A stretch of 64,000 bases of DNA from Alkalispirochaeta sp. (GTDB lineage Bacteria; Spirochaetota; Spirochaetia; DSM-27196; Alkalispirochaetaceae), in assembly GCA_965242725.1 (NCBI GenBank), contig CBDESZ010000022.1, positions 32,001 to 96,000 on the forward strand, in the 5' to 3' direction. The notes beneath the pieces were generated by a model. The model did no database searches. It was not told where the DNA came from and was given only the letters and a program-made list of their open reading frames with translations. The position numbers were made by a program, and so were the translations under genes. Below are positions 1 to 9,478 of the stretch, piece after piece; within the stretch, counting starts at the first letter, position 1; every line of letters begins with the position of its first letter.

Positions 1-2
1 TA

Positions 3-1628
3 TCACCGGATTTTCTCGTCGCCCTCTACGCCTTTCTCAGGGAGTTTCCTGAACCCTTTACCCGCTCGGGAACGATGCGAAAAAAGGTTTCCGCTGCGGT
101 GGACGAACGCTTCGGTACATATTTTCAGACCCGGCCGGCGGAACGGTATTTGCGTTTTGCCGTCTCCACATGTGAAACTCTCGGCCTCGTAAACTTTGAC
201 GACGAAACGCAGGCGGTGCGCCTGCGCCCCGATAGCTGGGACGCCTTTCTGTCGGAACTCCCGGAACGGTGGGTCCGGTACCTTCTCTGGGGCGCGGCGC
301 TCACCGGTACGGTGGAGCGCAGCTTTGAGTATGCGGAACTGCTCCTTGAGGCGCTCTCGGCCATCCCGGCGACCCGCAGTTATTCCGTCGGAGAAGTGGT
401 CCGTCTGCTGCAACTCAGCGGCAACGGTCTCTCTCTCCCCATTGACGGCGAGACCGTGCAGAGACTGCTTTCACTGGGCGTACTGGTCGCCCTTGACGGT
501 AGTGGAGACGAGGAGTCTGTTGCGTCGCGGGAAGATGAAGGGAGCGATGAATCGGACGGACCGCACCTGCACAGGGTATCCCGCCTGCGAATCAATCCGA
601 CGATAACGGCCGTTCACGACCGTCCCACCGCAAGGGGAGGAGTGCGGGTTCACGCCAATATGGAAATTACCGTTGCACCGGGCAGCGACATTCACCAGGC
701 GTGGACAATTGCGTCCTTTTCCCGGCTGGTACGGTATGACACGGTCCCGACCTACATCCTCACCGACGAGAGCGTTGCCGATGCGCGCCGGGAGGGAGTG
801 GAAAACGTCCTCGCCCTCATGTCGGAAACGACCGACGATATCCCCCAGAACGTCCGCTTTCTCCTCAAACGATGGGAAAGTCGCTCCCGAGCGGTCCGCC
901 TCATCAGAGGGCTCGTGGTCATTGCGGGGGAGGAAGAGGGAGAAATTCTGAAGAAATCCGAGGATTTCCTCTCATCCATGCGGGAGGAAATAGCCCCCAA
1001 CGTCTTTCTCTTCAACCTTGAGGATGAGGCGAGGGTGGAAAAGCTCCTGCGTAAAATCGACATCGGGTCGACACCCACCGTTGAAACGGCACGGGTCGTT
1101 GATGTCAATGTTCCTGAATACCAGCGGTACCTCCTACGCCACCAGCAGCCGGCGCTTCGTTCCTCCGTTGCGCTGCGGGCAGAAACGGGGGACCCCGCCG
1201 GCCCCATCCCCCTCCACTCGACCATCCGGGAGGAACTGATGGAACAGCTCAACGGCGAGACCCTTCCGGAAGAGGTTCGACAGGAGATCGCATTGCGGAT
1301 CGACCGGGGTCTCATCATCTTTCCTCAGCAGATTCGGAAAGACATCGTACCCCAGCACGGTATAGAGGTCCGCGGTCTCGATTATCTGGGTAAGATCCGT
1401 ATGATTGAACAGGCAATCTCCAACGGCGATATTCTCGAGGTCATTACCCGATCCGGATCGGGATCGCCTCAGCGTATTCTGGTCAAGCCCCGGGAGGTTG
1501 TGGAAAACGCGGGAGACCTCATGCTGCGGGCGATTCGGCAGCCCGACGGTCCGGCCGTCAAAATCAGGATTCGCCGTATTTCCGTCCTGCGCCGTTTGAG
1601 CGGAACACTTATAAACAGGAAACGCTAA
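3..1628 (+). CDS. Helicase-associated (Helicase_C_3-like) domain protein with WYL-like C-terminus, 5' truncated by the window
   Basis: Frame is open from base 3 through the ATG at 75. The segment HANMEITVAPG...LVRYDTVPTYILTDESV...IPQNVRFLLKRW resembles the helicase-associated domain seen in XPB-like helicase partner proteins. Confidence 0.6.
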   Translation, partial: SPDFLVALYAFLREFPEPFTRSGTMRKKVSAAVDERFGTYFQTRPAERYLRFAVSTCETLGLVNFDDETQAVRLRPDSWDAFLSELPERWVRYLLWGAALTGTVERSFEYAELLLEALSAIPATRSYSVGEVVRLLQLSGNGLSLPIDGETVQRLLSLGVLVALDGSGDEESVASREDEGSDESDGPHLHRVSRLRINPTITAVHDRPTARGGVRVHANMEITVAPGSDIHQAWTIASFSRLVRYDTVPTYILTDESVADARREGVENVLALMSETTDDIPQNVRFLLKRWESRSRAVRLIRGLVVIAGEEEGEILKKSEDFLSSMREEIAPNVFLFNLEDEARVEKLLRKIDIGSTPTVETARVVDVNVPEYQRYLLRHQQPALRSSVALRAETGDPAGPIPLHSTIREELMEQLNGETLPEEVRQEIALRIDRGLIIFPQQIRKDIVPQHGIEVRGLDYLGKIRMIEQAISNGDILEVITRSGSGSPQRILVKPREVVENAGDLMLRAIRQPDGPAVKIRIRRISVLRRLSGTLINRKR

Positions 1629-3133
1629 CTCCCGCCGGGACCCTCCAGACGGACAAATTGTTCATACTGTAACGCTCCCTGCCGTTCAAACATGTCGGCA
1701 CCGTTTACGACGGCGCAGCCGGCACGAGCGGCACGCTGGAGAAACTCAGTCTCAGACGGCGTATAGACGACGTCGTAGGCGAGCTCACTGCCGGCAAAAT
1801 CGTACCCTTCAGAGGGATCACCGGGCGTCCCGTGCGCCATTCCGACGGACGTCGTCTGTATAACCAGATCGAAGGAACCCGCAGGAATTTCCGGGAGTTC
1901 CGTGAGTCGCAGTTGCCGTTCCGGAGGGATTCCAAATCTGGTTGCCACCTCACCCATACGCCCCGCCGAACGGTTTGCCAGTGTGATCGAATGAACCCTG
2001 CCTTTGAGGGCGGCCAGCACCGCCCGGGCGGCACCCCCCGCGCCGATGACGAGAACCCGTAACGTTCCCGTTTCCCGGTCCAGATGTGCCGCCACCGCCT
2101 CCCTTATTGAGTGAAAAAGGGCGGGAACATCGGTGTTGTCGGCATGCCAGCCGTCCTCATGAAGGGTGAGCGTATTTGCCGCACCGCAATCAAACGCAGC
2201 GGTACTCTTTTCCGCTTCCGCAAAATCATACGCCCCTTCTTTATGCGGGACCGTGACGGATGCACCTTTCAGCCCGTACGTCTCCACCGCGTCCGGGAAC
2301 GAGTCAAATGAATCGAGTCGAAGGGGCAGGTATATCGCGTTGATACCGTCGTCGTCGAAACGTCTGTTGTGGTACTCAGGCGAACGGGAATGAGCAACGG
2401 GACTGCCGATTACCGCAAAGGCCGGCCAGTCGGCGCCGGCTCGGTCCACGCGATATACTTCCCGCAACTGCCGCGGACTGACGTTCCCAGGGGCCGCGGC
2501 GGAACCGGGATCGGAGGCATAGGTGAGGAGACTCCCCGCTCCGGCAGGCCATACCCGTGTCGGCAGGCCGTATTCCCCCATGGCGATCCAAATGCCCTCT
2601 CTCCCGCTCATGAGCTTTCCGAAGCGTCGCGCGTTGTGGACGAGGCGCATCGTATCGCCTTCTGACTGTGCCATGACCTCAAGCTTGGGAATCTCCTGGG
2701 GCTCCGCCGAGAGGCGCGCCATGAGGGATGAGAGATCTTCAGGGGTACTCCGTGCTTCGTGATGAGACCGAATGACCGTCGCGCCGTCGGCGCGTACCGA
2801 GGCGGCGAGGCGATCCCAGTCCGCCTGCCCCACCCGATCGAGTTCGATGTCGATATATGAAGGGCTGATCGCCATGACCAGACGATTCAGGAGATGCAGT
2901 CGTTGCGCCTCGTCGCCTTCCCAGTGACCGAGATCCTGACTTCTCCGTACGGTGAGAATACACGGGAGGGATCCACCCACCTCGCGCCACCATTCGGCGA
3001 GATCCTCGACGCCGCGCTCCGCGGGTTTCAGCATATCCACCCGCAGTTCAACGAGATCGATCCAGCGTCGATTGTGAGATATCGCCTGAGACCAGTCCTC
3101 CCGGGTTTCCCCGGTGAGTGAAAGACATATCAT
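1625..3133 (-). CDS. aroDE: Bifunctional type I 3-dehydroquinate dehydratase / shikimate dehydrogenase
   Basis: N-terminal DHQase I motifs (ELRVD, SHH, MGEYG, APG). C-terminal AroE motifs (IGSPVAHSRSP, SVTVPHK, AANT, NTD, GAGGAARA, DVVY). Confidence 0.9.
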   Translation of the reverse strand: MICLSLTGETREDWSQAISHNRRWIDLVELRVDMLKPAERGVEDLAEWWREVGGSLPCILTVRRSQDLGHWEGDEAQRLHLLNRLVMAISPSYIDIELDRVGQADWDRLAASVRADGATVIRSHHEARSTPEDLSSLMARLSAEPQEIPKLEVMAQSEGDTMRLVHNARRFGKLMSGREGIWIAMGEYGLPTRVWPAGAGSLLTYASDPGSAAAPGNVSPRQLREVYRVDRAGADWPAFAVIGSPVAHSRSPEYHNRRFDDDGINAIYLPLRLDSFDSFPDAVETYGLKGASVTVPHKEGAYDFAEAEKSTAAFDCGAANTLTLHEDGWHADNTDVPALFHSIREAVAAHLDRETGTLRVLVIGAGGAARAVLAALKGRVHSITLANRSAGRMGEVATRFGIPPERQLRLTELPEIPAGSFDLVIQTTSVGMAHGTPGDPSEGYDFAGSELAYDVVYTPSETEFLQRAARAGCAVVNGADMFERQGALQYEQFVRLEGPGGS

Positions 3134-3162
3134 ACCGTATCCTATCGCGAAATACCGTGATG

Positions 3163-3191
3163 AAAAAGCGGGCCGTCATATGACGGCCCGC
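3163..3191 (-). terminator. Rho-independent terminator of the hydrogenase operon
   Basis: Perfect inverted repeat GCGGGCCGTCATATGACGGCCCGC followed by a T5 run on the minus strand, 30 nt after the hydA stop. Confidence 0.85.
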
Positions 3192-3220
3192 CGGGAATCA
3201 AGGAGGGAGACGCTGTAGGT

Positions 3221-4972
3221 CTACCGCTGGTAGAGCTTCCGCTCGGTGTAATGGGTATGGAGGTACTTGTGCGACTTCTCGCCCAGGGGTTTGCCGAGAA
3301 ACTCCTTGTATATCGCCTGTATTTGCGGGTTGTCATGGCTGCAGCGGTACGTCTGGGCCTTGTCGTCCTTGTAGACGCCGGCGATTCGCTGTCGACGGAT
3401 TTCATCCGTCGCACCGTGGGGCTGGCCACCGCCGCCGATACAACCGCCGCGACACGCCATGATTTCAATGAAATGCCACGGGGGTTCTTCTCCCGCCGCT
3501 TCCGCCGCCTGGATCGCTTCCACCACTTTCCGGGCGTTCCCCATTTGGTGGGCCACCGCGACGCGCACTTCGGTGCCCTGGACGTCCACAACCGCCTCTT
3601 TGACGCCGTCCAGCCCGCGCACGGGCTCAAACTCCACCTTCGGCAGGTTGTATCCGGTAATGAAATTGTAGGCGCTGCGCAATGCGGCTTCCATGACACC
3701 ACCGGTTGCACCGAAGATCGTACCCGCACCGGTATAAATACCGAGGGCGGGGTCCGCCTCTTCATCGGGGAGATTGACAAAATCGATACCGGCGCTCTTG
3801 ATCATACGTGCCAGCTCCCGGGTGGTGAGGACAACATCGACATCCTTTTCACCGGTGGAGTACATGTACTCATCCCGGGATATTTCATACTTCTTCGAGG
3901 TACAGGGCATGATGGAAACGTGGAAAATCTCCTCCGCCTTTTTGTTCACCTTCTCTGCATAGTAGCTCTTTACCATCGCCCCCATCATCATCTGGGGACT
4001 CTTGGCGGTGGAGAAGTTGGGAATCAGCTCGGGATAGTATTTTTCCATATAGTCCACCCAGCTGGGGCAGCAGGTGGTAATCATGGGGATCTTGCCCTTG
4101 CCGTTTGCGAAGCGATGGACGAACTCCGTCGCCTCTTCCATGATCGTCAGGTCGGCGGCGAAGTTCGTATCAAAGACGACGTCGAAACCGAGACGGCGCA
4201 GGGCGGCATAGAGCTTTCCGGTTGAAATCTCACCGGGAGCATATCCGAACGCCTCGCCCACGGCGACGCGTACCGCCGGCGCGATTTGCACAACGCTGTG
4301 CTTTTCCCCGCCCCGGAGAACTCTCAGCACCTCCGCCGACTGGTCTTTTTCGTATATGGCACCGACGGGGCAGTGGGCGGAACATTGACCGCACTTGATA
4401 CAGGGACTGTCGTTGAGGGCGATATCCCCGGCGGGAGCCATTCTCGTCGTGTCTCCACGACCGATGAACTCAAGGGCCCACACATCCTGCATTTGCTGAC
4501 AGACGTTGACGCAGCGCCCGCACTTCACGCATTTCTCGGGGTCCAGAACGATGGAGGGTGTGGAGGTGTCCCGCTCCTGTTCCATGATGTTCATTTCAAA
4601 GGGAATATCCCGGATTCCGAACTCCGCAGCCAGCCGTTGAAGCTCACAGTCCTGGTTGCGGGGACAGGTGAGACAGCTCGACGGATGGGTCGAGAGGATC
4701 AGCTCGATAACCGTCTTGCGGACCTGATGGAGTTCCGGGTCGTGGGTGATGATCTTCATTCCCTCGGTAGCTGCCGTCGCACAGGCGCGTACCATCTTGG
4801 GAGAATTTTCAAGCTTGACGACACAGATGCCGCACGCTGCCCACGCGGGGAGATCGGGATGGTAACACAACGCCGGTATATTGACGTACGCCTCTTTTGC
4901 GGCGGCAAATATGGTCGTCCCTTCCGGTACGGTTACGGCGTTACCATTTACATAGCACGTAATATCTTTCAT
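3221..4972 (-). CDS. hydA: NADH-dependent [FeFe]-hydrogenase catalytic subunit (group A3, HydA/HndD type)
   Basis: H-cluster motifs TTCCPSW, MPCTSKKYE and EIMACRGGCIGGGGQP. N-terminal 2Fe-2S, His-ligated 4Fe-4S and 2x4Fe-4S motifs. ATG 4972 lies 9 nt after GAGGAG. Confidence 0.95.
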   Translation of the reverse strand: MKDITCYVNGNAVTVPEGTTIFAAAKEAYVNIPALCYHPDLPAWAACGICVVKLENSPKMVRACATAATEGMKIITHDPELHQVRKTVIELILSTHPSSCLTCPRNQDCELQRLAAEFGIRDIPFEMNIMEQERDTSTPSIVLDPEKCVKCGRCVNVCQQMQDVWALEFIGRGDTTRMAPAGDIALNDSPCIKCGQCSAHCPVGAIYEKDQSAEVLRVLRGGEKHSVVQIAPAVRVAVGEAFGYAPGEISTGKLYAALRRLGFDVVFDTNFAADLTIMEEATEFVHRFANGKGKIPMITTCCPSWVDYMEKYYPELIPNFSTAKSPQMMMGAMVKSYYAEKVNKKAEEIFHVSIMPCTSKKYEISRDEYMYSTGEKDVDVVLTTRELARMIKSAGIDFVNLPDEEADPALGIYTGAGTIFGATGGVMEAALRSAYNFITGYNLPKVEFEPVRGLDGVKEAVVDVQGTEVRVAVAHQMGNARKVVEAIQAAEAAGEEPPWHFIEIMACRGGCIGGGGQPHGATDEIRRQRIAGVYKDDKAQTYRCSHDNPQIQAIYKEFLGKPLGEKSHKYLHTHYTERKLYQR

Positions 4973-4991
4973 CGCTCTCATCTCCTCACTG

Positions 4992-6779
4992 TTAGCGGCG
5001 AATCACCGCGCCGAACTTGCACGCTTCAAAACATTCACCGCACTTGATACATCCGTCCTGATTGATCTCATGCACCTGTTTCCGCTCGCCCGAGATGACG
5101 TTGACGGGACACCTGCGGGCACAGAGGGTACATCCGATACACTTGTCGGGAAGGATGAAATACTTCACCAGGTCCTTACAGACACCGGCGGGACAGGTCT
5201 GTTCGTTTATGTGCTGTTCAATCTCGTCCCGGAAGTAGTTGATCATGGAGAGCGCGGGGTTGGGGGCGGTCTGACCGAGCCCGCAGAGGGAGGCCCGCTT
5301 CATGGCCTGGCCGATTTCCGCAATCTGATCGAGATGCTCCAACGTGCCCTGTCCCTTGGAGATCTTGTCCAGGATGTTGTACAGTTTTCGTCCGCCGACG
5401 CGACAGGGGGCGCACTTTCCGCAGGACTCTTCAACGGTAAAGTCCAGATAGAACTTTGCGACGTCCACCATGCAGTCGTCTTCGTCCATGACGATCATGC
5501 CGCCGGATCCCATTATGGAGCCGAGCTCCTGGAGGTGCTGAAAGTCAATGGGTACGTCGATGTAGTCGGCGGTGATGACACCTCCCGAGGGTCCGCCTGT
5601 CTGCACCGCTTTAAAGGCCTTGCCTTTCGGTATCCCCCCTCCGATGTTGTACACGATATCCCGCAGGGGCGTGCCCATGGGCACTTCAACGAGGCCTGAG
5701 TTCTTGATCTTTCCGGTGAGTGCAAAAACCTTGGTACCGGTGCTGTCGCCGCTTCCGATTTTGGCAAACCAGTCACCGCCCTTGTTGATGATGACGGGGA
5801 TATTGGCCCAGGTCTCGACGTTATTGATGACCGTCGGTTTTTCCCACAGTCCCTTCACCGCGGGAAAGGGCGGGCGCGGCCGGGGCATTCCCCGTTCACC
5901 CTCGATAGATGCAAGGAGTGCCGTCTCTTCGCCACAGACGAAAGCGCCCGCACCGAGCCGGATTTCGATGTGAAACGAGAAATCGGTGCCGAGAATATTG
6001 TCACCCAGAAGGCCGAGTTCCACGGCGTCTTCAATCGCTTTCTGCAGGCGTCGAATCGCCAGCGGATATTCCGCCCGGATGTATATGTATCCCTGATCGG
6101 CTCCGGCGGTATAGCCCGCGATCGCCATCGCTTCAAGTACGCTGTGGGGATCACCTTCCAGGACGCTCCGGTCCATATATGCACCCGGATCGCCTTCATC
6201 GGCGTTACAGACGACGTATTTCTGATCCGATGCAACGACGCGGGTGAAATCCCACTTCTTCCACGTGGGAAAACCGGCGCCGCCCCTGCCCCGCAGTCCC
6301 GACTTCCGCAGTTCACCGATGACATCTTCGGGACTCATCCCGGTGAGAACTTTTTCAAGGGCGGCGTAGCCGTCCCGGGCGATATACTCTTCGATGTTTT
6401 CGGGATTAATGAATCCGCAGTTGCGCAGGACAATACGGAACTGTTTCTGGTAGAAACTGAGGTCATCGATTTTTGCGTGTTCTTTGCTTTCATCCTCTTT
6501 GTAGAGGAGACGCTGTACCGTCCGGCCTTTGACGACGTGCTCGGCGACGAGTTCCGCCGCGTCTTCAGGCTTTACTTCGACGTAGAACGCCTCGTCGGGC
6601 AGCACTTTGACGATGGGGCCTTTCTCACAGAAACCGAAGCAGCCGGTCTTTACGACCTGGACATCTTCTTTCATGCCGGCTTTGTTCAGCTCTTCCACGA
6701 TGTTGGTGAAGATCTCGTCGGCCTTGCTGGATTCGCACCCCGTGCCGCCGCAAATCAAGATATACTGATTGTATGCCAT
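4992..6779 (-). CDS. hydB: Hydrogenase diaphorase subunit (NuoF-like, HydB/HndC)
   Basis: GLRGRGGAGFPT, CNADEGDPGAYMDRS, GAGAFVCGEETALL, ESCGKCAPCR; C-terminal 2x[4Fe-4S]. Confidence 0.95.
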   Translation of the reverse strand: MAYNQYILICGGTGCESSKADEIFTNIVEELNKAGMKEDVQVVKTGCFGFCEKGPIVKVLPDEAFYVEVKPEDAAELVAEHVVKGRTVQRLLYKEDESKEHAKIDDLSFYQKQFRIVLRNCGFINPENIEEYIARDGYAALEKVLTGMSPEDVIGELRKSGLRGRGGAGFPTWKKWDFTRVVASDQKYVVCNADEGDPGAYMDRSVLEGDPHSVLEAMAIAGYTAGADQGYIYIRAEYPLAIRRLQKAIEDAVELGLLGDNILGTDFSFHIEIRLGAGAFVCGEETALLASIEGERGMPRPRPPFPAVKGLWEKPTVINNVETWANIPVIINKGGDWFAKIGSGDSTGTKVFALTGKIKNSGLVEVPMGTPLRDIVYNIGGGIPKGKAFKAVQTGGPSGGVITADYIDVPIDFQHLQELGSIMGSGGMIVMDEDDCMVDVAKFYLDFTVEESCGKCAPCRVGGRKLYNILDKISKGQGTLEHLDQIAEIGQAMKRASLCGLGQTAPNPALSMINYFRDEIEQHINEQTCPAGVCKDLVKYFILPDKCIGCTLCARRCPVNVISGERKQVHEINQDGCIKCGECFEACKFGAVIRR

Positions 6780-6780
6780 T

Positions 6781-7188
6781 TCACTCTCCCCGCTTTGTCT
6801 CGCCCACGATATCCACCGCCGGACGATCGTAAATGTGCTCGTTCAGAAGCTTTTTGCCGATGATATGGCGCCGAATGATCTGGCGGGCTACCTCGGGGGT
6901 GACGGAACCGTAAATGACGGAGGGCATGTCACTGGTACGGACCTCAACGGTCGGCTCCGCGTGATCGAGCCCCATACCACCAACCTGACGTACCGCCACG
7001 TTGGTCAATCCATGCTGGTTCAACTCCTCGATAAACGCCTTCAATGTGTCCTTGGCGCCTGCGGCAATTCCGCTCGTGCCCATGCTGACGATGATGTCGG
7101 CGTCTTTGTTTTCCGGCGATCGCATTTCCAGCTCCTGCCGTTTTGCCTCTCTGAGTTTTCTCAGATCTTCCAACGTCATCTTTGCCAT
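6781..7188 (-). CDS. Thioredoxin-like (2Fe-2S)-ferredoxin-fold small subunit (HndB/HydD type), contains no cysteine
   Basis: VSMGTSGIAAGA...QVGGMGLDHAEPTVEV aligns with the HndB-type pattern GMGTCGIAAGA...TGCxGxCxxEP; operon position fits. Confidence 0.8.
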   Translation of the reverse strand: MAKMTLEDLRKLREAKRQELEMRSPENKDADIIVSMGTSGIAAGAKDTLKAFIEELNQHGLTNVAVRQVGGMGLDHAEPTVEVRTSDMPSVIYGSVTPEVARQIIRRHIIGKKLLNEHIYDRPAVDIVGETKRGE

Positions 7189-7760
7189 TCTCGGCCTCCC
7201 TCGGTAATTTCAAGGCTCTCTTCCAGAGAACCGATGTACTCGGCGAGGAGCAGTTGGGATCCAGCCGTTTCCAGCTCCCCCAGGGCTTCCCGCAATTCGC
7301 TTCGCCGTAACGAGTAGTCGCCGTCGTTACGTCGACGAACAACCGTCAACTCATAATCTCCGTCAAAACAAAGGAGTCGCTGTATCATCTCCGCGACACT
7401 CCCCATCGGAGGTGCGTCGATATGGTCCGTCGGCAGGGTGAGGACCACCTGCGTACCGCGACCCGGTTCACTCCTGATCTCGAAGGAACCGTTTACGGCC
7501 TCCGTCATTTGCCGTACGAAGGGAAGGCCCAGTCCGACGCTCCGTCCCGGATGTTTCTTCCCGTCCGTAAAAAAGGGATCCAGGGCGCGCTCCAACGCTT
7601 CTCTGTCCATCCCCTTTCCGTCGTCCCGGAGGTCGATATGAATGGACGTCCGACCTCCCGACTCAACCCGCTCTTCCAGATTCAGATTGATAACCCGCGA
7701 CCCCGCCTCTATGGAGTTCTGGACGAGGTCCAGCAGATACTCCGCAACGGTGTAATGCAG
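7176..7760 (-). CDS. HATPase_c (histidine-kinase-like ATP-binding) protein of hydrogenase operons
   Basis: DLVQNSIEAG, DDGKGM, DPFFT, VGLGLP, SEPGRGT boxes. Start is uncertain (CTG at 7760 just after the upstream stop). Confidence 0.8.
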   Translation of the reverse strand: MHYTVAEYLLDLVQNSIEAGSRVINLNLEERVESGGRTSIHIDLRDDGKGMDREALERALDPFFTDGKKHPGRSVGLGLPFVRQMTEAVNGSFEIRSEPGRGTQVVLTLPTDHIDAPPMGSVAEMIQRLLCFDGDYELTVVRRRNDGDYSLRRSELREALGELETAGSQLLLAEYIGSLEESLEITEGGREWQR

Positions 7761-7761
7761 C

Positions 7762-8247
7762 TTACGCCCCCCGGTGTTTTGCGAGAATTTCCGGGAGATC
7801 GCCTTTGGAGAGCTTTCCGTACACCTCGTCATTGACCATGACCACCGGAGCCAGACCGCAACATCCGACACACCGGACGGACTCCATTGAAAAATGCTCG
7901 TCTTCAGTTGTCTGGTTTACCCCGATGCCGATGAGGTTTTCGATCTCGTCAATCAGGTCCTGTCCGCCTTTCAAATAGCACGCCGTGCCCATGCAGACCT
8001 GTATTCTGTTCCGTCCCGGTTTTTTCAGTTTGAAATAGTGATAGAAGGTGATGACACCGTAGATCTTGGCGAGGGGGACATCCATGTATCGCGCCAGCTC
8101 AAGCGCCTCCGCCCGGGGGATGTAACCGTAAATCTGCTGCATCTTGTGGAGGATCATGATGAGATTCCCCGGTTTTGCACGCCACAAATCTACAAAGTCA
8201 ATAAGTTCCTTCGGAAGTTCGGTTTTTTGTGCCGTTTGACTCGCCAT
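7762..8247 (-). CDS. hydC: Hydrogenase NuoE-like 2Fe-2S subunit (HydC/HndA)
   Basis: VCMGTACYLKG...VRCVGCCGLAPV; GGAGG RBS upstream of ATG 8247. Confidence 0.92.
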   Translation of the reverse strand: MASQTAQKTELPKELIDFVDLWRAKPGNLIMILHKMQQIYGYIPRAEALELARYMDVPLAKIYGVITFYHYFKLKKPGRNRIQVCMGTACYLKGGQDLIDEIENLIGIGVNQTTEDEHFSMESVRCVGCCGLAPVVMVNDEVYGKLSKGDLPEILAKHRGA

Positions 8248-8327
8248 ATACGGCCTCCTCGTATCTGTGGTAATTAACGTCCGAATTGTAGCGTCATATG
8301 AAATTTGTTGCAAGAGAAATCGTTTTA

Positions 8328-8345
8328 TTGTTATTCCGTTCACAT
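8328..8345. promoter_or_regulatory. Putative Rex operator
   Basis: TTGTTATTCCGTTCACAT matches TTGT(G/T)AA-N4-TT(C/A)ACAA with 2 mismatches, in the AT-rich spacer between divergent hydC and rex. Confidence 0.6.
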
Positions 8346-8429
8346 TATTTCTTACTGAAAAACTTTGTTGAATGTAGTTGGCACGGAGAGTATTATTCTG
8401 TTAGTTTATGTGATACAAGGTGCAAATAT

Positions 8430-9131
8430 ATGGAAACTAAAATCAACAGAGGAATAGTATTACGACTCGCAAAGTACTTGCGGGTACTACATAAGCTCAA
8501 AAGCCTGGGTTTTGTGAAGGTCTTTTCCAATAACCTCGGTGACGCCATCGGTGTAACCCCCGCGGTGGTACGTAAAGACTTCTCCACGATCAATATTCCC
8601 GGCAACAAACGGGGTGGCTACAATATCGATGTCATTATAGAAGAAGTGGAAAAGGTCCTCGGGAAAGAAGACCGTCAGCAGGTGGTCATTATCGGCTGCG
8701 GAAAGATCGGCCAGGCCCTGATGAATTACTCCGAGTTCGAACGGGAAGGCATCGAGGTCGTCGCAGGATTTGACGTAAACCCGGAGGTGGTCAATCAGGA
8801 TGCCCGTATCCCCGTCTATCCTCTCGATGAGTTCACCGCATTTACCGAGAATCGGGATATCAGGGTGGCGATACTTGCCGTCCCGGATACTGCAGCCACT
8901 GAGGTGTTTGAGATGGTGACCCAGGCGGGAATCCCCGGGGTCCTCAACTTTACCGCGGTGGAACTGAAATGTTCCAAGTGCGACTACGAAAACTGTCCCG
9001 TCAGATGTGTCGTTCAAAATGTGAACATCGGTCTCGAGATAGAGAACCTCTTTTATCTCGTACGCATGAAAAACGCCGATCTCCTTGAAGAGCAGAAATC
9101 GGAATCCAACGTATCGAGCCGCGTCAGCTGA
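8430..9131 (+). CDS. rex: Redox-sensing transcriptional repressor Rex
   Basis: RLAKYLRVL...VRKDFS...GNKRGGY winged helix, then Rossmann IIGCGKIGQAL, AGFDVNP, GVLNF. Confidence 0.92.
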   Translation: METKINRGIVLRLAKYLRVLHKLKSLGFVKVFSNNLGDAIGVTPAVVRKDFSTINIPGNKRGGYNIDVIIEEVEKVLGKEDRQQVVIIGCGKIGQALMNYSEFEREGIEVVAGFDVNPEVVNQDARIPVYPLDEFTAFTENRDIRVAILAVPDTAATEVFEMVTQAGIPGVLNFTAVELKCSKCDYENCPVRCVVQNVNIGLEIENLFYLVRMKNADLLEEQKSESNVSSRVS

Positions 9132-9133
9132 CA

Positions 9134-9478
9134 ATGACATTGACAGAGTGTGTTGACCGCGTTTCCGCGGAATGGATCGTCCCCGGCGACGGAGCGACCG
9201 AATTTCACGACATCGTCGTTTCCGACCTGATGAGCGATGTTCTGGTAACGGAGCATGATGATTTCCTCCTCGTCACCTCTCTCACATCGGAGCAGGTCGT
9301 GCGTACGGCGGATATCGTCGATGCAAAGGCAATTCTCCTTTCCAACGGGAAACACCCCCAGCCGGCGATGAAGACGCTGGCTGCCCAGCAAGGTATTCCC
9401 GTTCTGACATCGCCCCTTCCCACCTTCGACGTCTGCCGACTCCTCGCAGGCTGCAAGGACAGGACGCCCGCTTCATGA
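9134..9478 (+). CDS. DRTGG-domain protein
   Basis: SDLMSDVL...LLVTSLTSEQVVRTA motif. Confidence 0.8.
   Translation: MTLTECVDRVSAEWIVPGDGATEFHDIVVSDLMSDVLVTEHDDFLLVTSLTSEQVVRTADIVDAKAILLSNGKHPQPAMKTLAAQQGIPVLTSPLPTFDVCRLLAGCKDRTPAS

Noticed and set aside
4992..8247. Respiratory complex I nuoEF genes
   Set aside because: They are co-transcribed with an H-cluster protein and no membrane nuo genes are present; they are hydrogenase subunits.
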